This document shows, one piece after another, positions 9,692-17,755 of a stretch of DNA of 35,619 nt; position 1 is the stretch's first letter, and each line of letters begins with the position of its first letter. The DNA is from an uncultured Clostridia bacterium. GTDB lineage: Bacteria; Bacillota; Clostridia; Oscillospirales; Acutalibacteraceae. The stretch is from NCBI GenBank assembly GCA_937973935.1, contig CALJJF010000124.1, positions 1-35,619 on the forward strand. The letters run 5' to 3'. Position numbers and translations under genes: made by a program. Below the pieces are notes generated by a model. That model searched no databases. It was given only the letters and a program-made list of their open reading frames with translations, and was not told the origin of the DNA.

Positions 9692-10529
9692 CTTTTTTCA
9701 GGAATTTTTCAGTTACACCTTTATCGTCCGGGCTGTTATTGTCGGCTCTTTGGTCGCTCTGTGCGCAGCACTATTGGGTGTCAGCCTTGTACTAAAACGT
9801 TTTTCCATGATCGGTGACGGACTTTCCCACGTGGGTTTCGGCACAATCACCCTGGGAATCGGGCTGAACGCTTTGGGACTAAATCTCGCCCCTCTATCGG
9901 TCTCTCTGCCCTTGGTTATCATTGCTGCTTTTCTCCTGCTTCGCATCAGTGAAAACAGCAAAATCAAAGGCGATGCCGCCATTGCCCTGATCTCCGGCAG
10001 CTCTCTTGCCATTGGCGTGATCATCGCAGCAAAAACCACCGGTATGAATACAGATGTATGCAATTATATGTTCGGCAGTATTTTAGCCATGAAAAAGGAC
10101 GATGTATATCTCAGCATTGCCTTGTCTGTGGTGGTTCTGATTTTATTCATCCTGTTTTATCATAAAATATTCGCAGTCACCTTTGACGAAGCCTTTGCCA
10201 GAGCAACGGGCACCAAAGCAGGAATCTATAACATGCTTGTGGCACTCTTAACGGCAGTCACTATTGTCATTGGCATGCGGATGATGGGCGCGCTGCTGAT
10301 TTCCAGCCTGATTATTTTCCCGGCGCTGACGGCCATGCGTGTGTGCAAGAGCTTTCGCCCGGTCACCATTCTTTCTGCAATCTTATCTGTCACTTGCTTT
10401 TTTACGGGAATGCTGTTATCCTTTTTGTATTCCACCCCTGCCGGCGCAAGTGTGGTAGTGGTGAACTTAATCGTTTTTTGCCTCTTCTCCCTACTGGGCA
10501 AAATCAGAAAGTCAGGTGCGACCATATGA
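9684..10529 (+). CDS. znuB: Zinc ABC transporter permease (ABC-3 family)
   Basis: A 281-aa polytopic membrane protein, paralogous in layout to 6403..7239. It overlaps the upstream ATPase gene by 8 nt. Confidence 0.86.
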   Translation: MLDFFQEFFSYTFIVRAVIVGSLVALCAALLGVSLVLKRFSMIGDGLSHVGFGTITLGIGLNALGLNLAPLSVSLPLVIIAAFLLLRISENSKIKGDAAIALISGSSLAIGVIIAAKTTGMNTDVCNYMFGSILAMKKDDVYLSIALSVVVLILFILFYHKIFAVTFDEAFARATGTKAGIYNMLVALLTAVTIVIGMRMMGALLISSLIIFPALTAMRVCKSFRPVTILSAILSVTCFFTGMLLSFLYSTPAGASVVVVNLIVFCLFSLLGKIRKSGATI

Positions 10530-11122
10530 AAAGAGCATTGTTCCTTTTGGTTATTTTTGTGCTTTTTCTGTCCGGCTGCAGTAGCACTTCTCAGAAGGTA
10601 AAGGGCCTGCCCATCAAGGCAACCAAGGTGGGAGACAACGCAAACGGCACAGTGCCGGAGGATGCTTCAGTCTATACCACTGCCGACCCGTCCGATACAG
10701 TCATCTGTACCTATCCGCCGGATACCACGAACCCCAACAGCGAAAAAATTACAGCGGATAGCAAGGGCATCATTGAAATCAAGGAAAAAATGTTTATTGC
10801 CCAGTGTAATGATATCTATATGAATCCGGGTGAATATAAGGGTAAAACAGTGAAGCTGGAAGGTTTTTGTGATAGATATACCGATCCCGACACCAAGAAA
10901 ACCGGCTACTATGTGATCCGGAACGGTCCCGGCTGTTGCGGAAATGACGGTGTCGCCGGTTTTGAGTTCACCTTTGCCGGCACTTATCCCGAAAAGGACG
11001 AATGGCTGGAGGTCATCGGAACAATCGAGCTGATTACTGTAGATGATTATACCACTGTTTTGATTAAGGCGGATTCTGTGAAGGTATTGACAAAACGGGG
11101 TGCCGAGTTCGTACAAAACTAA
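10526..11122 (+). CDS. Lipoprotein with a DUF1980/TIGR03943-like C-terminal CC-motif domain
   Basis: The ATG at 10526 overlaps the znuB stop. Lipobox LVIFVLFLSGC. The C-terminal GKTVKLEGFCDRY...YYVIRNGPGCCGNDGVAGFEF...WLEVIGTIE resembles the GK.V...GF...CCaaDA...W..V.G pattern of the DUF1980 family. The track start at 10343 is an out-of-context extension. Confidence 0.6.
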   Translation: MKRALFLLVIFVLFLSGCSSTSQKVKGLPIKATKVGDNANGTVPEDASVYTTADPSDTVICTYPPDTTNPNSEKITADSKGIIEIKEKMFIAQCNDIYMNPGEYKGKTVKLEGFCDRYTDPDTKKTGYYVIRNGPGCCGNDGVAGFEFTFAGTYPEKDEWLEVIGTIELITVDDYTTVLIKADSVKVLTKRGAEFVQN

Positions 11123-11222
11123 TTGGACCGGCGGCAAATGCTGTTATAGCGAACAAATAAATGCGCAATTTGAGCTGGTATTTTTGAAGAATGGCAGCTT
11201 TCCTCGCACAACAAACCAAAGA

Positions 11223-11651
11223 ATGGATGGTGGACTTTTGCATATCATTGTAATAGACGGTCAGGGAGGCGGGCTGGGCAAAGCCATTGTAGAAAAATTA
11301 CGCTGTGAGTTCCATGACAGCGTATCCATCACCGCGCTGGGCACAAACGCATTGGCGGCAAGTATCATGATCAAAGCAGGGGCTAATGAAGGTGCTTCCG
11401 GCGAGAATGCAATTGTTGTCAACGCAAAAAAAGCCGATTTCATCATCGGCGCAACGGGTATCATTTCTGCCAACTCCATGCTGGGCGAACTCTCTCCAAA
11501 AATGGCACGTGCCATATCGGAAAGCAATGCAGTAAAAATCCTGATCCCGCTGAATCGCTGTAACATTCAGGTAGCAGGAATAAAGCAGCAAGCCCTGCCG
11601 TCCTATTTGGATGATGCAATAGAGCTTCTCAAAGGTTTGCTGACACAATAA
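11223..11651 (+). CDS. DUF3842-family protein
   Basis: HIIVIDGQGGGLGKAIVEKLR...ITALGTNALAASIMIKAGA...IIGATGII matches my recollection of the DUF3842 family. The start is uncertain between ATG 11223 and TTG 11238, because neither has a good RBS. Confidence 0.6.
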   Translation: MDGGLLHIIVIDGQGGGLGKAIVEKLRCEFHDSVSITALGTNALAASIMIKAGANEGASGENAIVVNAKKADFIIGATGIISANSMLGELSPKMARAISESNAVKILIPLNRCNIQVAGIKQQALPSYLDDAIELLKGLLTQ

Positions 11652-11777
11652 GCCGTTTATAACAAAACAAGAATTTTTTTCTTATAATACCATTTTTTTT
11701 ATAAAATAATGTGTACATCCCATCACATACTATAATTGCAAACACATTTAAATTTTATAAAAAAGGAGTGTTATGAA

Positions 11778-11963
11778 ATGGCTAAAACATTAGTTCCTCA
11801 GGCTAGAGATGCTCTTAACAAGTTTAAGATGGAATCTGCATCTGAAGTTGGTGTTACTTTAAAAGCTGGTTACAACGGCGATATAACTTCTCGCCAAGCT
11901 GGTTCTATCGGCGGACAGATGGTTAAGAAAATGATCCAAGCTTATGAAAACGGCCTTAAATAA
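11778..11963 (+). CDS. Alpha/beta-type small acid-soluble spore protein
   Basis: MAKTLVPQARDALNKFKMESASEVGV...GDITSRQAGSIGGQMVKKMIQAYE is the canonical SASP signature. RBS AAGGAG lies 9 nt before the ATG. A forespore-type -10-like CATACTA is at 11726-11732. Confidence 0.92.
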   Translation: MAKTLVPQARDALNKFKMESASEVGVTLKAGYNGDITSRQAGSIGGQMVKKMIQAYENGLK

Positions 11964-11980
11964 CCTATCGGTTATAAAAT

Positions 11981-12016
11981 AAACTGTCTGGTGAAAACCG
12001 GGCAGTTTATTTTTTC
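11981..12016 (+). terminator. Rho-independent terminator of the SASP gene
   Basis: The sequence is ACTGTCTGGtgaaaaCCGGGCAGTttatttttt: a 9-bp stem with two G-U pairs, followed by a T-run. Confidence 0.75.
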
Positions 12017-12092
12017 ACCCGTAATATTCTTTATGACTCATACCAAACTTGATTAAAACTCATATAAATCAGTATAAATTTCTATTCTGCTT

Positions 12093-12239
12093 TCACCAAA
12101 TTGACAGCCAACAATAAAGCTTGGTAACTGTACTGCTATTCTCATAAGACCCAGCAATATCCGCTTTCCCGTCACCGTTAAAGTCGCCGCCGGTCGGCTT
12201 ACTTGTTATTTTATTTTCATTGTATCCGGCAAAAGCCAA
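12093..12239 (-). pseudogene. Remnant of an FG-GAP/VCBS-repeat protein gene (C-terminal fragment only)
   Basis: The minus-strand frame reads LAFAGYNENKITSKPTGGDFNGDGKADIAGSYENSSTVTKLYCWLSIW*. GDFNGDGKADI is the FG-GAP calcium-binding motif. The frame is bounded upstream by a stop, with no start codon or RBS. Confidence 0.4.
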
Positions 12240-12409
12240 TCAATCATGTCCATATAAATGTGTTATATAATCTGACACATAACCACACGCATTCCAGAAT
12301 TGTTACCCGTAACTGTGTCTGCGGAGAATTGTATGACCGACAATACAGCTCTGTCGATGATTAGTATAATGGATTCTGTGATTCCATTCATAAACATCAT
12401 CTGCAAGAA

Positions 12410-12437
12410 ATCAGGTTTCCCAGTGGGGAAACCTGAT
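12410..12437 (-). terminator. Strong hairpin downstream of the 12455..12922 gene
   Basis: The sequence is ATCAGGTTTCCCagtgGGGAAACCTGAT: a perfect 12-bp stem with a 4-nt loop. On the minus strand it is followed by TTTCTT. Confidence 0.6.
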
Positions 12438-12454
12438 GATCCTATTTTCCCATG

Positions 12455-12922
12455 CTAATAGTCGCCCTTAATTATAAAAAAAGAACCGCGGATGGTTCCG
12501 GCAAGTTTGGACTTCTGTCTTGCAAACTTAAACTTCTTCTCTTCCAATTCTTTGGGAACATCCATTCCTTCCGAAAGCTTAAATCCAACAGCTCTCTTTT
12601 TCGGGTCATCGACTGTGTACATGACATTGAGCCCAAGACCATCCTCATAAAAAACGTAAGCAAATTTGACGTTTTCCACTTGAAAACGCGATGTTTCAAG
12701 TGGTACTGCTGTAAATTCGATATCCCTCTGTTCTTTCAGAATCCTGTTTACATAATCCAGCGTCTCCTGACTTTCTCCGGCAGGAACAACTGTGAATTCA
12801 TGCTTATATTTATTCATGAAGTAACGGGCTTCATTCGCTCGCAAACCCGCAAGCGCTTTCGCTACCGGGGAAGACTCCAGACCAATCGCAGAAATATTTT
12901 CATAGTCAACTAAATAAGCCAT
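12455..12922 (-). CDS. Hypothetical protein (no recognisable family)
   Basis: The 155-aa protein-like ORF has RBS AAGGAG 8 nt before the ATG at 12922. The track start at 12928 is a GTG only 2 nt from the RBS. The antisense plus-strand ORF 12452..12913 is Cys/Phe-rich junk. Confidence 0.6.
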   Translation of the reverse strand: MAYLVDYENISAIGLESSPVAKALAGLRANEARYFMNKYKHEFTVVPAGESQETLDYVNRILKEQRDIEFTAVPLETSRFQVENVKFAYVFYEDGLGLNVMYTVDDPKKRAVGFKLSEGMDVPKELEEKKFKFARQKSKLAGTIRGSFFIIKGDY

Positions 12923-13142
12923 TTTCACTTCTCCTTCATTTCTTTCATTACACCAAGATCATTATGACTTTTATTATTTATCAAAAGGAGCAAATTATTA
13001 ACTCCTATTTTTCTTGGTGTCCAGCGTGAAAATTTATTGGAATCTATCGGCATCTGATTCATCAAAATGGCTTGGTCACTCTTTTGAACGGGATGGTAAA
13101 ATTATATGGATTATTCAGCGGTCTAAATTGCTCCGGGATAAA

Positions 13143-14132
13143 TTAATCAATAAGGTCATTTTGGAATCTTGAAAGATGCTCATACGGAAGAATGAGTCTT
13201 CCGCGAAAGAGACCGCAGCCATCGTTGATTAAGGAATTATCCATCGCCGAAAACATGTTTACATCCAGTTTTGATAATTCCAGCTGCTGCAGCATCATGC
13301 CTCTTTCATAAGCATCATCAAAATATATATTTTCTCCTTTGGGAATTGCATCCCGTTTGACTCGTTCCCCTTCCTGTCGCTTTTCGTAACCCAAATGATT
13401 GGCAGGACCGATTTCAGCAAAATCGTCCATTTCTTTGGTACGGAGCTGTACTTCCACATAGCAACGGGCAATGTTATCATAAAATGTGATATGCAGCGAA
13501 CGATAGCCGCTCGGTTCCGGATTTTCAACATAATCTTTATAGTAAGGGCTTACACCCTCTCTTAACAAGAGTGATTTTTTCTTGCCCGTAAAGGAAGCCA
13601 GTTCAGCCGTAAATCCGCGTTCCTCAAGGAAACCAAGCAGCTTGTTGGCAACATCATATAGATATTTATTCTCTTCATCTGCAAGAATCTCGTCTGTTTT
13701 CAGCTGACATTTGGGAAGAGAAATCACGATTCTGTATGCAATTAAATCCCGAAAACGGTTTAAATGGTTTTTCAGTTGAAGAAGAGACGGGTAATTGCCG
13801 TGCTCCATATAATACTCGTAAATATATTCTACAATGTTTCCGTTAAATTTTGCTTCTGCACGAATCAGGGATTTAATTCTTCCTTTAAAAGTAAAGGCAA
13901 GAAATGGATAGTCATTTGCCATCAGTTTATAAAATTCCCGAATACGCTGAGACTGTGAGGTCAGGAATTCATTGTGCTGTAAAAGTTCCGCAATTTGAAG
14001 CAGAAAATTACAGTGCAAAAGATCAATTTGATTGTCAGTTTCTTTCGCCGACTCTTTCAAATCCTCCGCATATCTCTGTAATATCTTAAGGACGGTATCC
14101 CCATTGTATAAATAATCATTTAATTTTTTCAT
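13143..14132 (-). CDS. RelA/SpoT-domain nucleotide pyrophosphokinase (long small-alarmone-synthetase-like protein)
   Basis: All synthetase motifs are present in order: FKGRIKSLIRAEAKF, RDLIAYRIVISL, SGYRSLHITF, VEVQLRTKEMDDFAEIGPANHLGYEKRQ. About 90 aa precede the catalytic core and about 80 aa follow it, and neither part is assigned. Confidence 0.82.
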   Translation of the reverse strand: MKKLNDYLYNGDTVLKILQRYAEDLKESAKETDNQIDLLHCNFLLQIAELLQHNEFLTSQSQRIREFYKLMANDYPFLAFTFKGRIKSLIRAEAKFNGNIVEYIYEYYMEHGNYPSLLQLKNHLNRFRDLIAYRIVISLPKCQLKTDEILADEENKYLYDVANKLLGFLEERGFTAELASFTGKKKSLLLREGVSPYYKDYVENPEPSGYRSLHITFYDNIARCYVEVQLRTKEMDDFAEIGPANHLGYEKRQEGERVKRDAIPKGENIYFDDAYERGMMLQQLELSKLDVNMFSAMDNSLINDGCGLFRGRLILPYEHLSRFQNDLID

Positions 14133-14365
14133 CTATCATTTTGTGCATCTGTATGGTTTTTTACAGACGCCGTTTCCTTTCTGGATGGTTATCACCAAAA
14201 CGATGTCAATCCGATTTTCTTTTCTTCCTGAACAGCCCTGAACTTGCTCTCTGTTATAATCGGCGAATGGCATTCTTTCATCTGATATTCGTATTCGCGG
14301 ATAGCAGATTCTAAAAGTGTAACAGCCCCCGCCCCACCAAGGGGACGGTCCACTTGATTACTATT

Positions 14366-15241
14366 TCAGCTTTTCTTTTTTACCGGAATCCAAATTTCGC
14401 TCCGGTAATTCGGGTTTCCAGTGTCGGGACTCTCATTCCATAAAATATCAGGTCCTTCCACTGCTTCGTATCCTGAAGATGGAAACCACTCCGAATAAAT
14501 ACTACCCCACACATTTTGAAGTGTTTCAGGAAATGGTCCAATCGATTCGAATACTGCCCAGGTATGAGCATCAATTTCTAATACATCAAATTCTGCCGTC
14601 TCATTCCTTGAAGTTGCTACCCCGATATAATGATCCAGCTCACCCTTTTCTTCCATTCTTCCTTCCGAAAAATTAGTAGATGCACTAATAATACCTGTTG
14701 GTTCTACATTTGAAATTAATTTTAATTGTTTAATCACATCCGGTGTTAATAGTCCGGTCATCTTTGCAATCTCCGGATTGACACCATTAAAAACAACTGG
14801 TACTCTCTTCTTAAATCCCACTAAATTAAATGATCTTTTTTCAACAATGCGATAGTTCATTTCGCATCCTCCTTTGATTGATAATTGAAAGGTCATTCGT
14901 GGATAAGCTTTTAATTGTTTATTTGCACTCCTTGCTTCAGAAGGGAGAATACCATGGACAAAATGAAAAGCACGGGAAAATGAATCCGCTGAATTATAGC
15001 CATATTTGACTGCTACGTCAATTATTCTCAAATTCCTATCCTTCAAATCAAGAGCAGCCAGAGTCAGTCTTCTTCTCCGAATATATTCTGATAAGCTTAC
15101 ACCTGATAAAAAAGAGAACATCCGCCTAAAATGATATTCTGAACAGTAAGCAATTTTAGAAATCTCACTATAATCGATTTCATCAGTTAAGTGCTCTTCA
15201 ATGTATGTCATTGCATTATTCATACTACTTAAAGAATCCAT
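14366..15241 (-). CDS. AraC-family transcriptional regulator with a GyrI-like effector-binding domain
   Basis: The N-terminal HTH_18 region reads [30 protein letters not shown]...[24 protein letters not shown]. The C-terminal half looks GyrI/SOUL-like: [14 protein letters not shown]...WAVFES...[18 protein letters not shown] precedes the ATG at 15241. Confidence 0.85.
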   Translation of the reverse strand: MDSLSSMNNAMTYIEEHLTDEIDYSEISKIAYCSEYHFRRMFSFLSGVSLSEYIRRRRLTLAALDLKDRNLRIIDVAVKYGYNSADSFSRAFHFVHGILPSEARSANKQLKAYPRMTFQLSIKGGCEMNYRIVEKRSFNLVGFKKRVPVVFNGVNPEIAKMTGLLTPDVIKQLKLISNVEPTGIISASTNFSEGRMEEKGELDHYIGVATSRNETAEFDVLEIDAHTWAVFESIGPFPETLQNVWGSIYSEWFPSSGYEAVEGPDILWNESPDTGNPNYRSEIWIPVKKKS

Positions 15242-15396
15242 CAAACAACCTCCTTTCATCACTAATATTATCAAAGGATGCGTTTATTCATCCGACAATC
15301 TGTGCACAGTTTTATCAATAATCGGATATTTTGCTTTCTTTTATTGTGTGCCCACAGACAAGCTTGAGAACGAATGGTCACCTAATTTGAATACGC

Positions 15397-16146
15397 TTAA
15401 TTGATAATTTCGCTCTTGCTTTTTGCTAAATTTTCACGCCATTTGCTTAGTTCCGTTGTTGTCAGTTTCGTCCACTCTGTTTCCTCACCAATAATTTTTA
15501 AAGGTTCTTCTGAGCGATAAGAACGTGTTAAGTTACCTGGAAATTTTTTATCCGTAACATTAGGGTCGTTTTCAAATTCACCTGTTGGTTCTATTATATA
15601 AACGCGTTCAATTCCTTCTCCTTTTGCGAATGCCGCTGCTAGTCCTGCGGCATTGGTATTCGCAGTGAAATAAATGTGATTCATTTGAAGCTCAGGCTTA
15701 TAATTTGAGATTCCACCCGCTGTCAGTAAATCACCAACCTTTAAATCTGCCTTCGTCCCATGATAAAACGGTCCTTTATCAGAAGGCGGACCTTTATATA
15801 ATTCAGATAATTCATAATTTCTTTTGGCATTATCAAAGTCACACAATTTTTCATAGCATTCTGAAATATTTGCATATAGAGTTGAGTATGCACTCGTTAC
15901 GTTATCGTCATTTATATTTAGTGCACACTGTAAAGATGTTTCCATCCATTTCAATTTGTCTGAAATATTCTTTTGTTGACGGGCTAAATGGTAAGCTGCA
16001 ATAAATTTTCCATAGTCATCTGTTGCGTCATTCCATGCTTGATAAAACATGGTGCTTGCTTCTTCTAAATTGCCAATATCTTCAAAGCTCATCCCCATTA
16101 CGCATAGTTTAACAACAACGTTATTGGGATCGAATTTTATACTCAT
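15397..16146 (-). CDS. arr: Arr-family NAD+-dependent (rifamycin-type) ADP-ribosyltransferase fused to an approximately 120-aa helical N-terminal domain
   Basis: The C-terminal half reads GPFYHGTKADLKVGDLLTAGG...HIYFTAN...RVYIIEPTGEFENDPNVTDKKFPGNLTRSYRSEEPLKIIGE. It tracks the Arr signature (GPFYHGTKA..GDLL, HIYF, VEPTG.FEDDPN.T.K.FPGNPT.SYR..EPL.I.G) almost residue for residue. Confidence 0.85.
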   Translation of the reverse strand: MSIKFDPNNVVVKLCVMGMSFEDIGNLEEASTMFYQAWNDATDDYGKFIAAYHLARQQKNISDKLKWMETSLQCALNINDDNVTSAYSTLYANISECYEKLCDFDNAKRNYELSELYKGPPSDKGPFYHGTKADLKVGDLLTAGGISNYKPELQMNHIYFTANTNAAGLAAAFAKGEGIERVYIIEPTGEFENDPNVTDKKFPGNLTRSYRSEEPLKIIGEETEWTKLTTTELSKWRENLAKSKSEIIN

Positions 16147-16326
16147 CGAATCCTACCTCCAAACCAATGAAACTCATGATCATCTTATCTTTTATTGATC
16201 AGCAAATTATCGTCAAGGTTCTATTACTTATCCCATTATACTGGCATATACCAAGTATTATAAGGCTATAATTCCCATTATATTTATGTTATAATTAAAG
16301 TGAAAAGAGTAATTTGGTCAATATAA

Positions 16327-16677
16327 TTATTTCTCTCTGAGTATCTTATCCATTGGCTTGCCTTTTGCCAATTCGTCCACCAATTTATCCAGCCACCTAA
16401 TTTTCTGCATGAGCGGGTCTTTGATTTCCTCGACACGATACCCGCAAATCACACCTGAAATTTTGGTGGCATTCGGGTTTATCTGCGGGGCTTCGCTAAA
16501 GAAGGTTTCGCAATTGTTATTCTTCGCAATTTGCGCTTGCAAGCCAGAATCGTCATACCCAGTCAACCAATAAATCACAGCATCAACCTCGGATTTAGTG
16601 CGCCCTTTGCGCTCCGCTTTTTGGACGAGTAACGGGTAGACACTCGAAAACGCAGTTGTAAATATTCTTGGTTTCAT
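16327..16677 (-). CDS. DUF2200-family protein
   Basis: FSSVYPLLVQKAERKGRTKSEVDAVIYWLTGYD is the conserved DUF2200 core. Confidence 0.8.
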   Translation of the reverse strand: MKPRIFTTAFSSVYPLLVQKAERKGRTKSEVDAVIYWLTGYDDSGLQAQIAKNNNCETFFSEAPQINPNATKISGVICGYRVEEIKDPLMQKIRWLDKLVDELAKGKPMDKILREK

Positions 16678-16682
16678 AACAA

Positions 16683-16877
16683 TTATTCCCCCTGATCTTT
16701 TTTACTTTGTTCTTTCTCAATCAGTGCTAGTGCAACCTTCAGGGCGGAGATACGCCGTTCAAGAAGAGTCTGCTGTGACTTGACCAGCTTCGTGGCGTCC
16801 ATTTTTCCGCACTTTTGGAGCATGGACAGCAACGCACGATGCGCTTCGCTTAACTCTACTGTTGTAAACTTTTCCAT
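16683..16877 (-). CDS. Small helical hypothetical protein
   Basis: The 64-aa ORF ends 5 nt upstream of the DUF2200 start. RBS GGAGGGA is present. No family was recognised. Confidence 0.45.
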   Translation of the reverse strand: MEKFTTVELSEAHRALLSMLQKCGKMDATKLVKSQQTLLERRISALKVALALIEKEQSKKDQGE

Positions 16878-16896
16878 TCATATCCCTCCGTTTGTT

Positions 16897-17181
16897 TTAT
16901 CCTCCATCGTATGATGTCGGTGATGAGGTCATAGTCAATGCCGGGGTAAGCCCAATGTGTTTTTGGATCACTGCCGAAATGTCGGCATCCGCCATGATAT
17001 TTTTCGTGGCTTCCGGCGCAGCTACGTGGTTGGTTTCTCGTATACTTTGCAACAGAGGTCGTATGTCTTTCGATTGTGCAGTGATATATTCATCAATTCT
17101 GTTCGGTTCCACACAAAAGTGATCCTGTTTCGTGTTTTTGAACTCACGTCCGCATTTCGGGCATTTCCACATTTCACCCAT
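16897..17181 (-). pseudogene. Zinc-ribbon/DUF1801 (YdhG-like) gene, apparently truncated or frameshifted
   Basis: MWKCPKCGREFKNTKQDHFC...IDEYITAQ...KHIGL matches the zinc-ribbon plus DUF1801 architecture. The ORF then ends early in ...TPALTMTSSPTSYDGG*. A shifted frame continues AYPGIDYDLITDIIRWRIKQ, which resembles the family C-terminus. Confidence 0.4.
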
Positions 17182-17197
17182 TCCACTTCTAATGGTA

Positions 17198-17668
17198 TTA
17201 ATTCCCCAAGACCGTCTTTGTCATTTTGAAATTTGTCATAGAAACGCCTTTTCTGACTGTGATATTTTCAGCCTGCACGGTATACCCAAGTTTTTCAAAA
17301 AAGGGCTTGGCCGTAATAGAAGCGTGTGTTTCAAAGCAAACAGCATTATACTGTTCGACACGTCGCTCCAATTCTTTTACCAGCGCTGTTGCAATACCAA
17401 TCCCTTGATAATCCTTATGCACATAGAGCCTGTCAAGATAGCCGTTCCTGTCCATGTCAGCAAAACCTGTAATCACTCCATCTTGTGCTGCAACTAAAGT
17501 GGTGTGCTCCAGGAAGGAGTGATTCCATTCGTCTAAATTGACGTTCCCTGTACCCCAAGCATCAAGCTGCTCTTCTGTGTAGTCCTTCGCATTGACCGTA
17601 TGAACGGTATCGTAAAACAATTGAGCCAACAAAGGGCAATCGTCAGGTTTGTATTCTCTGATAAACAT
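17198..17668 (-). CDS. GNAT-family N-acetyltransferase
   Basis: RLYVHKDYQGIGIATALVKELE...FFEKLGY is the acetyl-CoA binding motif A/B region, in a 156-aa protein. Confidence 0.85.
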   Translation of the reverse strand: MFIREYKPDDCPLLAQLFYDTVHTVNAKDYTEEQLDAWGTGNVNLDEWNHSFLEHTTLVAAQDGVITGFADMDRNGYLDRLYVHKDYQGIGIATALVKELERRVEQYNAVCFETHASITAKPFFEKLGYTVQAENITVRKGVSMTNFKMTKTVLGN

Positions 17669-17755
17669 AATTATTCTCCGGAGTCAACATTATTTCCGGT
17701 GCTTATTCTACCATAACGGCAAACACCGAGCAAGGAAAAAGCGAGGTGAATTCAA

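Noticed and set aside
12452-12913. 153-aa plus-strand ORF mirroring the 12455..12922 minus-strand ORF
   Set aside because: The plus-strand product is Phe/Cys/Lys-rich and lacks an RBS. The minus-strand ORF has AAGGAG at the ideal distance and balanced composition.
14133-14365. Short minus-strand reading frame (...LLESAIREYEYQMKECHSPIITESKFRAVQEEKKIGLTSFW*) between the RelA/SpoT and AraC genes, possibly a recombinase or regulator remnant
   Set aside because: About 50 codons with no start or RBS and no motif I can assign. It is too weak to report as a feature.
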